Positions 25,401 through 39,008 of a stretch of 43,352 nt of DNA are shown one piece after another. The notes below the pieces were generated by a model. That model was not told the DNA's origin. It saw only the letters and a list, made by a program, of their open reading frames with translations, and made no database searches. Within the stretch, counting starts at the first letter, position 1. Every line of letters starts with the position of its first letter. The position numbers and the translations under genes are program-made. Source of the DNA: Neocallimastix sp. 'constans' (taxonomy: Eukaryota); contig JBODTK010000134.1 of NCBI GenBank assembly GCA_050613775.1, forward strand, positions 434,001 to 477,352, written 5' to 3'.

Positions 25401-25883
25401 ATAAAAAAAAAAAGTATTTAATATTGTTTAAAAAAAAAGTATTTAATTTAATATTGTTTATTGAATATATCAATTAATATATATTTTTATATATATTATG
25501 CAATCTGGATAAAAATTTTTTTTTGTGCAGTAATTAAATAATAAACTAATAAATAAAAATAAAAAAAAATATAAGTGGTACATTTATAAATTAAATACTA
25601 ATAATAAATTAATTTATATTCAACAATAATAAAATATTAATAATGCTAATATAAATATTTATTATTTTTCATTATTTTTTTTAATATTATCTAGATAATA
25701 GTATTTATAATTAATAATTTTCCAGGCAATAAATAAAAAAAAAAAATAATTATAAATGAATATATAATTAAATAAAATATGATAAATGTTCTATATTATA
25801 TATATATTTCAATGGCATTATTTTTTATTGGAGATTATTACTATTTTTTTTGTTAAGTTTTATGAATATATCTTAGTGTATTT

Positions 25884-25921
<38 letters not shown>

Positions 25922-27357
25922 GAAATAGATTATTTTTTACAAATTAAATGAAAAAAAAAAAAATGAATAATAAAGACAAGTTTTTTTTCTGCTTGATCAT
26001 CACCTTTTTATATAAATTTTACTTATTTATTAATTAGTTAATTAGTTACTTAGTTAGTTAATTAGTTCTCTTCTAATAAACAACTAATTATGTTATAATT
26101 TTATTTAAAAAAAAAAAACGTTCTTTTATTTGACATATTATTATTAAAAAAAAAAAGTGTGTGTGAAGTAACATAATATAATAATAATTATTATATAAAT
26201 GTAATAATATATCATTTTATATTATTTTATATAAAAGTAATAATATATCATTTATATTTAATATATTTACTTTTATATATTAAAAAAAAATTTTTTTTTA
26301 TTTAGCCATCATCATGTGTATAAATTTACTTAAATTTACAAAATAAAATTAAACATATACAAATATATTATAATATATTATAACAATAATAATTAATAAT
26401 TAAAATTCATTAAATATTAAAGTTCATGAAAAAAAAAAAAATAACAAAAATTAAAAAAAAAAAAAAAAAAGATTAAATCAATCAAAAAGAAAAAAAAAAT
26501 ATATATATATATAAAACTCGTAATAACAGAAATAGGTAAAGATGGAAAAGAAATGAATATATGAGTTAGGAATATAAGATATTTATAATTTTTATTCTAT
26601 TCTATTCTATTTTATACTAAATCAATTCAAATATTTCCAATATATAAAAAAAAAGGAGGATGTAAAAATAAAAATTAAAAAAAAAAAAAAAATTAAAAAA
26701 AGAAGTAGTGATATATGAAATATATTAAAAAGAGAGAAAGAGAGAAAGAGAGGAAAAAAAATAATAATAATAAATTAAAAAAAAAAATAATAAAAACCGA
26801 AAATGAAATAATTACAAAAAGAAAAATAATAAGATATAATAAAAATAAATAAATAAATAAATAAAATTATAAGAAAAAAAAGAATAAAAAATATATGTGT
26901 GTTGCTTAATAATAAAAAAAATAATTTTTAACATATTTTTTACTAATGATTAATTTTGATTAACAATAAATCTATATTAAATATATATTATAAAAAAAAA
27001 ATTAAAACCATATTTTAATATTTTAATAATAAATAAAATTTTAATACATTCAATCCATCATACTAATAAAAATAAAAAATATTAATAATAGAAATACATT
27101 AAATAAAATATGAAAATAAAAAAAATAAAAATAGTATTATACTACTATTATAATAATTATTTTTATTAACTAGATTTTTTATTTTTTTTTTTTTTTTTTT
27201 TTGTTAATTAAATAAAATAATTAATTATTAATTATTTTTATTAATTATTCATTTAATTAGAATTTAATTATTTATATATTGTTTCATTATTTAATTTATT
27301 TATTATTTTATTAATTATTTAATTATTGTTTCATTACAATTATTTAATTAATAAATT

Positions 27358-27404
<47 letters not shown>

Positions 27405-28510
27405 TTCACTTATAAATTACAATAGATTTTTTTTTTTTAATTTAAATTTATTCAATATTAAATTTTTATGTAATGCAAATAAATTTTAAAGTGACGTTAT
27501 TAAAAATATTTGATCTTAATTAACTATTTTTTTTTAATCTAATTGACTTTTTAAGATAATTAAAATAAATTCATTTAATAATGATTAACTCATATATTAT
27601 ATTTTAATTATAAATTTATTAAAAAAAAATAATAATAATAAATTATTAATATCAATAAAATTTATTATTTTATTCTTCTTACTTTTATTATATATATGTT
27701 CCAGATTAATATATATATCTTTTATATATATTTTTTATCTTAAAATAGTATAAAAAGTATACTAATGTAAGAAAAGAAAAAAAAAAAAAAAATAGAAAAT
27801 TACTATTACAATAGTATATATATATCTTATTTATATATAACGGTACAACAATATATAATCCGCAATTGTTTATTTATGAATATTTAAATATATCTATCTA
27901 TTTATATACTACAATTCATAATCTACAATCAATCATTCATAAATATTTATATATATTCTTTCAAATAAATAAAGTAAAAGTAGTAATAATAATTTTAAAA
28001 ATTTTACATAAACTATTATTACTGTTATTATTATTAATAATTTATTTCAAAAAATATTTTTATATAATTTATAAATATTAATATATTTATAAAAAAAATT
28101 ATTTATTTTTAATGTGAGCTATGGTTCTTTTTTTTTTTTTTTATCTTACATCCTATTTTATATATAAACAAATAATATTTGCCATTTCTTTCTGAACCTT
28201 TGAAATTATTTTTCTTTTATATATATATATATATATAATTCATATATCATTAATATTTTGTTTTTTAAAATTGTTAATATATAAATTTATATCTCTTTTT
28301 CCATTTTTTAATTATATCTATTTTTTGATAGATAATGAAACAAATATAAAAAATAATATGCATAATATATATTATTTATTATACTATATAATATAATATA
28401 TATGAAAAGTGGATTAATATTTTTAATTAAAAGTTTTATTGGTTAGAATAATTTATATTTAATATGATGCTTAATATTTATTAAATATGCTATTATATAT
28501 TAAAACTTCG

Positions 28511-28551
<41 letters not shown>

Positions 28552-29295
28552 GTAGTAACCCTGAATAGTCAAAATTATTTAAAAAGAAAAAAAATTGTAT
28601 TTAATTCATTCATTCATCATCTATATTCAAAAATAAGAGTTGAAAAAAAAAATAAAAAATAAAAAATAAAAAAAAAAAAAAAAAAGCAGAAAAAAATGAA
28701 ATTGTTAGAATTTAAAAATAATTAAAATTATTAAAAATTTTTAAAAATAATTAAAAAAATAAAAAGAAATTAAAAAAAAATAATAATTAATATAAGATTT
28801 TAATTATATAAAAAATTTTTTTATTTTTCCAGATTAGAAATAAATTAAAAATAAAATAATAATAATAATAAAGAAAAATATGATTATTCATATTTATTAA
28901 AAATATAAAATATATATTAAATTATTTTAATGGTTTTCCAATTGTAAATTAAAATATTCTGTTAAAAATATTAAAATGAAAAAATATATATATATTATAA
29001 TATTGTATGAATTGAAACTAAAATATAAATTATATATAAATAATAATAATTTTAATTGTAATTTAATAGCATTTTTTTTTTTTTTTTTTTTTTTTTTGCT
29101 TTTCTAATGAATCATTTCAATATTTCAGAAAAGCCTCCTTGCCCATCGGTTACTTATTTCAATATATTTAATTTTTTATTTTTTTTAAAAAAAAAAAAGT
29201 TTTTTAAAAATTTAAAAAAAAAAAAATTTAAAAAAATCTAATAAAAGATAAATTTTAAATAATAGATTGTTAGTTAATATTGCTCAGATTAGTAC

Positions 29296-29326
<31 letters not shown>

Positions 29327-30587
29327 AAGCTTAAATTTTCATTACTAAATAATTAATCTATATGTTATAGGAATATTTAGAATATTTAAACTATTACATA
29401 AAAAAAATGAAAAATAAAAATAAAAATGGAAAAAAAAATAATTAAATTAATATTTATTAATTACTAGTAGTAAACTATTACTATAATTTTTTTTATATAT
29501 AAAATAATGTATTACTTCAAAAATACTATTTATTACCATTACATATTCTAGTACAAATAAACTCAATTTAAAACTTTTAAAAAAATATAGTCATTTAATA
29601 ATTTAATACTAATATATTAATTGAAATAAAAATAGAAAGTAAAAACTATATGCCAATAATAATAATAATATAATAATAAATAATTTAAAGATGTAAATAA
29701 AGTAATTATAAAATAATAATAATAATAAATTGCTATAAATTACTAATTTTTCCCATAAATGAGTTTATTTTATTTTAATTAATTTTTTTTATACATGAAC
29801 TTTGAACTTTTAATTTAATTTCTTTTTTTTTTTTTTTTTATTGATAGTATATACAATTTATATATGTATAATTTTTATTATTAATATTATTATTAATATT
29901 ATTATTAATATTAATAATAATAATATTTATTTATTTATAACTATTATTATTATTTATTTATTATTTATTTATTTATCCTTTATAAAACAAAATAATTAAT
30001 TAATAACAATTTAGAATAATAATTAATAAAATAATATCAAATTTAAAATGGTAGGTATGTTTATATATTTAAAAATTTACCAAATATTTAATTTGAAATA
30101 AAAAAAGTTTTTTTTTCATATAACCATATTTGTACATAATTTTATAATTTTATAATTTTATTTTTATTTTATACAGCAAAATTTTTATCATTTTTTTTAT
30201 TATTATTTTTTATTTTTTATCATCGTTTTTCATTTTCATTTTCATTTTTTTTTTTTTTTTTTTTAAGATTTAAATTTTAAATTTAAATTTAGATAATATT
30301 ATTTGAACGTTTCATAATCTTTTTTATTATTTAAATAAATGTATATCTAGTTTCATAATCTTTAATATTATTTGAATATATATACATTAGTTTCATATTT
30401 TTTATCATATAATAACATATAAAGATAAAAATTTTATATTTAAATTAAAAATTATATTTAGATTTAATTATTTATTTATTTATTTTTTAATTTTTCTTTT
30501 CTTTTCTTTTTTATAAATATTAAAAATAAAATAATTGTTTTTTGTTTTCTGTAATAAAAACGAAAAAGTATTATTCATCTTTTTTTT

Positions 30588-30620
<33 letters not shown>

Positions 30621-31639
30621 TATACTTAAAATATATAAATATTTAGATATAGATACAAAATTTAAAAATAAAAAAAAAAAATTTTTTTCTTTGATTTTAT
30701 AGTTTTTTAAATATTTAAACTTTCTATATATATAAAAAAATTTAAATTAATTTATATATGTAAAATTATTTTAAATTAATTTTATAAATGGAAATGAATA
30801 ATACAATAAAGATAAAACAAATAAAAAAAATAATAAAAAAAATTTATTAAATATTAATATGAGTAGTTTTATTATTATTATTTTTATTATTATTTTATTT
30901 GTTATATTTATTCTTTTTTTATTTTGTTTTTATTTTTTTTTTTTTTGTATTTTTTTTTGTATATATAAATATATATATTAATAAAATTCTATTAGTCATT
31001 AATAAAAAAAATCGATAAAAAATAATAAAAATTAAAAAAAAAATTAAAATTTTAAAAATTTTAAAAAAAGTAAATAAAAAAAAAATAGACTTATTAAATA
31101 TTTTCAATAATAATAATAATAATAATAATAATAATTTATCCAAATAAAAAAAAAAAATAGTTATAATAATATTATTCAATTATGGTTATGGATCATTTAA
31201 TTATATTTTCATCTTTCTATTATTTAATTAATAAAAAAAATTTTTTTTTAAACATTATAAAATTAATAATTATTTTTTTAATAATGTGCCCAAACTTAAT
31301 TTGTATTTATTTGTGATATATTATATTTCTTAGTAAGAGTCTTCTTAATTTAATATATACTATATTACATTATTTATACTAATTATGAACAGTCATACAT
31401 TATTTTAGAATCTAACCCATTATTTTAGAACCTAACCCATTATACTAGAACACCTAGTCATTTGGCTCTCTACATACATTACATATACAATATATCTTAA
31501 TCATTTACATATATTATATTTATGATATATACCTCTTTGAATATAGTTATTAAATAAAATAAAAAAAGTTTTACTAATTTAAGTCAAAATTAAACTTTAT
31601 TTTCAACTCTCTCCTTAAAATTTAATTTAATTTAATTTT

Positions 31640-31680
<41 letters not shown>

Positions 31681-32247
31681 TTACTGTGGTCAAAGATCTG
31701 CTTTAAAATTTTGATTCAATGCTACAATCTTTAAATATGATCATTCTCAATTTTAAAAATTCTTCTTTAATAATTATATTCATTCTTATTTCCTTTTAAC
31801 TAATATATATTCAAAGTATTTGTATTAATCAAGTATAACTAATTTTATCACTAGATATTTTCGAAATTTATTCATTTCTTTAAACGTAATCCGATAATAA
31901 ATTTTTTGTTTGCTAATTCTCTTATAAATTCTAAAGTTTATTGAACATAAATTATTGACAAGAATTATTTTCTTTTCTTTAACTATCCTTAATATAAAAT
32001 TTTAATAACTTATTTTATTAATTTAATTTCGTAATTTAGCATATCTAATTTTTAACTTGAAGTTTTATTTATCTTCTTTCATTTAATTTATTTATACTTA
32101 TTTCTTCTCTCATCTTCTCATTTCTCATTTCATTTATATCTTTTTTATTGATGTTTTAATTTTCTTATTATTCTGGTTTACATATTATGTATATATTTTC
32201 TTCAATAAATTATATATATAATATATATATATTTTAAATACATAAGA

Positions 32248-32281
<34 letters not shown>

Positions 32282-32869
32282 TTTATTTTTTCTTTCGTAA
32301 CTAATGCTTAACTTGATATATCAAATGATCATGACTTTCTCAATACTTAATAATGTTTTATTCTTAATCTTTATCATCAATAAATTAACATCATTAGTTA
32401 TTAAACGTCTGTTTTATCGTTTAATTTCTCTCATTTCATTTTATTTAATTTGAAACAACTCTCCAATAATATTCTAATATTTCAATTTATACTGAACTCT
32501 CTCAGAAGACTTTAGTGACTATTTACAAGTAAACTATTTTGTATTTAAGGTATATCTCTACTATTAATTATTCCATAAATTGAATTTGTAACTATTGTTT
32601 TTCTTATTTCTTGAATTGTTGAATTATTAGATTACTTCTCATTGTATACTTCTAGCATTGCTATGAGATTATTAACCTTTATAATTTCTATTTCATTTAA
32701 TGGTTAAATTTATTTAAATCATATCTGATGCTCTCCTTTTATATCTTAACTTAGCATTCGTTAGTGTATGATAATTCTTTTATATGCTCCCCTAATTTGC
32801 TTCATCATTTGTTGTTTGACAGTAGTAGAATTAAACCTATTTTATCTTTATTTTATCCTTGAGATTTAT

Positions 32870-35800
32870 ATATTTATTTATAATAAATTTAGTTCATTTT
32901 CTAATTGTTTTATATAATTATACATTATTGATAATTTTAATATGAATTTTATTTAACAACTTTATATATTATATAGTATCTTTAATTTTCAATTTCATAT
33001 TAATATTAATTTAACAATGTTATCGTTCACTTCTTGAAATAGCGTTCAACTCAAAATTGTTTAAATATATTTTACTTTTCTTTTATCTTTTATCTATTAT
33101 TTGTTTATTTATATTCGTATAAGTTTTTCTTTATGTAAACTTATATGTTTCTCTTATAGATTTTATTTACTGCTTCTATAATTCATAATTCGATTGACTC
33201 GTCAACCCAAAATAATTTGGTTGGTTTAACAACTTCAAACCTAAAATTATTATTATATTATATATGTCAAAAATAAAGTTTATTATATTAAAATTTAATA
33301 TTTTTTATGATTAGATTATTATTTAGTTGATGTCTCAGAATATGTAATAAATTAGTGACGTGACTTGCTTATAATGTACATAACATTATATACATAATGT
33401 ATTGGCTTAGAGTATAAAACTTAAAATTCATGTACCTTTCATAAAATGGGCATCTTTAATTAATAAAATTAAAATAAATAAAAAATTAAAGATTAAAAGA
33501 TTAAAAGATTAAGAGTTGCAGTGACTCAAGAGCAAACAAAATATAAATTAGAAAGCATTGAATAATAAATAATTAATTTATGTATATAACAAAATGGTTG
33601 ACGGCATAGAGAGAGTCGCAACTAAGGGTTTATTAACCAAAGAAAATTATAAGCTGTGGTTACAAGAAATTGATTTACTTTTATCTATAAATGGAGTTGA
33701 TGATTATATTTATGAAGAAAAAATAAAATATATAGATAAAAGAAAAATAAAAAAAGAAGATATTTCTAAACACAAAAAAGTCAAGAGAAGAGAAAATTTA
33801 TATAATGACATAATTGTTACTGAAGATATGGTAAGAGCTGATATTACAGCCAAATATTATCTTCATAATAGTATATCAGATGATATAAAAGTTAAAATAA
33901 ATTTTCAATCACTTAGTGCTTATCAAAATAATGAATCTTATCGAAAGCATGAACACTAAAAGTGATGAAAGAAGAATATCAGAGCTCAAGGACAAATTGG
34001 AGTGTATGAGATATTCTTAAGAAGAAGATATATGTCTATTTATATCAGAGCTCGAAATAATATTTGATGAATTGAGAGATTTAAAATATAAAGTCTCGGA
34101 TGAGAAAAAATACAATTACTTGTATGCTACGCTTCCAGACGATTTAATTATTGAATCAAATATGATCATTTACCATGGGAAATGGAATGCAACGGTGGAA
34201 CATTTAAAATCTACCATTCCTCACTTGATATATTTCAAAGAATTAAAGAGCAAAACAATAAAAAATAAAAAAATTATGTTACCTATAATTCTCAAATAAA
34301 ATATAATAAACAATGAAACTTTAAAAGAAAAACAAACAAAAGAAGAGAAAAAAAAGATGCTTTATATCTAGAAAACCGGTCGTATTGCCAAATACTGTAA
34401 CTTCAATCCAACGAACAAAATCAAAAATAAAAATAAAGCAGATAATATTCAAGTAAAAGACAAAACCTTTTATAACTTTGATGATTCCTTCTTTACGGAT
34501 AATTATAATTCAGAAGAATAAGGTGAGTCTGGTAACTTAGCAATGATCAAAGATCAAGGGAGGCCAAACAATAAACAAAATTAAGAATAACAAGATGAAT
34601 AGAGATAAAATTACTGATATAATACTAATAATAATATTAATGAAAATAATAATAATAGCACAGATAAAAATAAAAGTGATGAATATAATGATATAAGCAA
34701 AAATGTAAACAAAGGAAGAAACAACATTATATTATCAGGACGCAAATGTTACTATGTAACTAATAACAGAACAAATAAAAATGCAAGGATATAGTATGTT
34801 GGACTTTGGATTCTGGTACGACATATCATATGACCAATAACATAGATGGACTTATAGATGTCAGTGACCGTAATGAAACAATCCAATTTGCTGATGGAGG
34901 CACTACACATAGAGGAACATTCATGGAATACATTAATAAAAAGAAAATTATTCTACGTAATGTATTGTATGTACCTGAATTCAAAAGAAATTTAATGTCA
35001 ATCAAGAATTTATGTGAGTATAAATATAAAGTAATATTTTATAACTATAATAATAAAAATTTAATATCAGTATACGACGAAAATAAAAATAAAATATTCA
35101 CAACAAAATCAAATAAAACAAAAATTTATAAAGTATGGTCATTTAAAAACAAACTAAAATATAATAATGTAAAGAAAAAAAATAGAATTCAGTAGTATTG
35201 TAGAAGCCATGCTGAGTGAAGATATTGGAAACCGGCATAGACGCATGGGTCATTATAATATTGAATTAAATAAAAATAAAAAAGAGAAACTGAATATCAA
35301 AAATCCATGCAAAATATACTCTTATAAAATGAAAAATAATTCATACCAGAAGACCATTCCAACTAATACACATGGACACTGTATCGGTACCTGTTACATC
35401 AATATATGGTAACAAATATTTTTTTGACTCTATTACGACTATACTACCATACAATCCTCAACAAAACGGAAGAGCCGAAAGAGAACAAGGAACTCTTATA
35501 TATAATGTTACCGCTATGTTAAAGGATAGAAAATTACATCACAAATTCTAGAAAGATGCTGTGAGAACAACAAACTATAAACATAATCGTTTACTGCATC
35601 AAAGAAATTCAAACAAGATATCATATCAAGAATTATAAAATGAAGAAGTTGATTATCAGAAATTTAGAGTCTTTGGTTGTTAAGTGTTCTTTCTTATTCC
35701 AAAACATTTACGAAGAAAATTCCAAAGGAACATCATTATTAGGTATTTTCTTAGAATATAATGAATTTAATCCCAATGCTTATACAATTTTTAATACCAC

Positions 35801-36197
35801 AAATAATAAAATATATTTATATATATATAATAAACTTATTGCATTTTCTAATTGTTTTATATAATTATACATTATTGATAATTTTAATATGAATTTTATC
35901 TACCAACTTTATACAGTAGCTTTAATTTTCAATTTTATATTAATATTAATTTAACAATATTATTGTTCACTTCTTGAAATAGCGTTAAACTTAAAATTGT
36001 TTAAATATATTTTACTTTTCTTTAATCTTTTATCCATTATTTGTTTATTTATATTCGTATAAGTTTTTTCTTTATGTAAACTTATATGTTCTAATTATAG
36101 ATTTCATTTATTGTTTCTATTACTCAGTTAACTAGTCAACCCAAAATAATTTGGTTGGTTCAACAACTTCGAACTTAAAATTATTATTATAATATAT
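32870..36197. repeat. ~390 bp diverged direct repeats (32870-33264 and 35811-36197) bracketing copia D
   Basis: cattttctaattgttttatataattatacattattgataattttaatatgaatttt...gtcaacccaaaataatttggttggtt..aacaacttc in both copies. Confidence 0.9.
33265..35815 (+). mobile_element. Decayed Ty1/copia element D, 5' half (LTR, PBS, gag, protease, integrase), truncated before RT
   Basis: LTR 33265-33506, PBS GATTAAGAGT at 33507, gag ATG 33594 (LTKENYKLW), Zn-knuckle remnant ~34358-34400, protease WTLDSGTTYHM ~34800, HRRMGH, IHMDT, PYNPQQNGRAER, GIFLEY. Frameshifts and stops throughout. Confidence 0.92.
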
Positions 36198-38128
36198 TTT
36201 CCCTCCTTTGTAAAATAATTTACGTTTTACCCTAATATTAAACTTTTATTTTATAATATATATTTTAATATATTTTATATTATTTTTCATTATTATACTA
36301 AAATTACTAAACTTAAATTTTTATTATATATCTCTATAATATATTTAATTATTCTACTGAACTTACTGAACTTAAAACTTTATAATATACTAACTAATAA
36401 TATTAAATCATATCACTACTAGTTCTATTCATAATGTATTACTCAAAATTGATATATTTAAATATATATATATATATAATATATAACAAACCATAATTAT
36501 ACCTTTATTGTTAATCAGGTAGTATCCTAAAACTTTATAATTTTATAATTACATATTGTTGTTTCTCTGGCAGACATCCCTACTTATGCTTTAAAGTTTT
36601 AGTAATAACTCCGATTTATAGATAACCGTGAACTTCACTTTGTAGATAAGTAATAACTATTTACTAATTACCATGGAGTATGAAGTATCATCTTTGCTCA
36701 ATATTTATAGAGCTAAAATATGAAATACTCTCTCATGCCTAAACCCTAGATAATTAATATCCTTCTATATATATTTGATTTTATAATCATATGTTATCGT
36801 TTATTTTATTTTAATTAACGTAACTTTTATGTAATTAATAAAACGATCCAAATATTATTTATTTATATTAAAAACTATGATTTTTACAGCTAAGCAATAA
36901 CTATGTTTCCTTAGATGTGAGGATAAACACAAACCTCATAATCTGTCCTCTCATGAATATTTTATTTATATTCTTTCTCTAAATAGTTAAACTAAATAGC
37001 GTCTAAGAAAACAAAATAGTTAAACTTTGTATCCAGACTCTTTTTATTCTTTTGAATTATTTGATAAATAAAAGGATTTAAACTTTTATTTAATATTATT
37101 TGAGCGTATTTAACATAAAACTACTATTTTCTTATTTAATTATAATTTTTTTATTATTATTGTAATCACATTATTATTGGTATCTATATTGGTAAATATA
37201 TAATTTATATTCCTCTTTTAACCTTTCAAATTCATATAGATCCGATATTTTTATTTCATTAAAGCATTCTAATTTTCATTGTACAGGTTAAACAGGTTAA
37301 ATATATACACCTCTAATTTGATACTTTATTTTATACTTTTCTATTTCTGCTAATAATTTAAATAAGATCTCATTATATATATCATCATAAGAATATACTG
37401 TTTAATTTATATTTAGACATTTCAACTTAATATTATATTCAATATTTAATTTATAATTGTATATATGTATATGTATATATATATATGTGTGTGTGTGTGT
37501 ATGATATACTATAATTAATTGGTATTTATCAACTAATTATTGATTACATTAGTTACATAATAACTTAGTTTATTTATATATCTACATAGCTACATAAATA
37601 TATCTATGTATCTATATATATTCATAATTCATATACTTTATATCTTAATATATATCTGATTATTTATAATTGCTTGGTCTGTATATTTTATTTAATATTT
37701 TATAATAAGAATATTTAGAATAATATTGTATATCGATATTATTATGTATATTAAGGGTCTTATATATATTAAAGAACTTATATACTGATATTATTATTAT
37801 TTAGAATGACTTTATTATTATTATATTTTATTTATATTTTTATGTTTTATTTCTATGAATTTTTATTTAATTTTATTAAAATTGCTTATTTATTATTATT
37901 TATTAATTATTATTTTTTATTTATTTCTGTATTATTTCTATACTTATTTTTAAGTATTATATATATATATTTGTTATATAAATATATGTATGAATATATT
38001 GCATTATATTACGTCGTAAGATATTTTATTTATGTGATAAGACAGTTAACCGAAATTCCATATATGACTTCAGTAATTATTTTGTGATTTTTCATATTAA
38101 AATAAATACAATTTTAATTAACATATAT

Positions 38129-38159
<31 letters not shown>

Positions 38160-38963
38160 TTTTATATTATTATTTTAATGTTTCACAAGATAAATATGTA
38201 TTTCTTAAATTCATTTAAATTTATAAATATATATATTTAATTTATTTTTAACGATTTTTTTTTTTTTTTTTTTTTTTTGGTTTAAAATTTTTTTTTTTAT
38301 GGATTATATTTAATTTTAAGTTCCATCACTTAGGATTCTTGAAATTTATTTATATTAGTAATATTTAATAATTTTTATTTTCAATAATATTCATTTTTAT
38401 ATTTCATTTTATTTAATTTTTATTTGGTTTTGTTTTGATTACTTTTTATTTGAAATATTTAAAGTATTTGAATTTTTATCTATTTATTTTACAATGTATT
38501 AGTTAATATATGCATTTTTCTAAATCATTTTATATTATTAAGCTTTATCCGTTCACTTATTTATGTTGTTATAAAAAAAAATTTAAATCAAGAAAAGTAC
38601 TTTTTTTACACTAATTACTGTTTATATTTATTCTTTGTTTATCTATTTGTTTTGTTTATTTGTTTATATCATTTGAAATGCATTTAGCATTTAATGAGTA
38701 TAAATATTTCCTTTTAATTATTTTTATGAAACATGGATAAACTTTTCTTTCAGTTTTAACTAGCTTAGAATCTCTCTTGTAATTTATCAATTCAATTTTC
38801 ATAAAACTATTTTACTTAGATTCCTATGGAGTTGTTGAGAGACTCTTAACCTTTTAATAATGTGCCCGAACTTAATCTTTATTTATTTATGATTTATTAT
38901 ATTTCTTATTATGAGTTTTTCTTAATTAAATATATACTCAATTACATTATTTATACTACTATG

Positions 38964-38965
<2 letters not shown>

Positions 38966-39008
<43 letters not shown>

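Noticed and set aside
31398..31452. CTAACCC words resembling telomere repeats
   Set aside because: They belong to a 20-bp tandem repeat (cattattttagaa(t/c)ctaacc, about 2.5 copies) inside the LTR of element C, not a (CCCTAA)n array.
31680..33260. Ty3/gypsy pol remnant
   Set aside because: The ADL-T remnant next to the purine tract and the integrase-before-RT order fit copia better. The sequence is too decayed for certainty.
32870..36197. The 390-bp direct repeats as LTRs of copia D
   Set aside because: D has its own LTR (33265-33506, homologous to E's LTRs) with a PBS after it. The repeats have no PBS or PPT and look like decayed minus-strand integrase.
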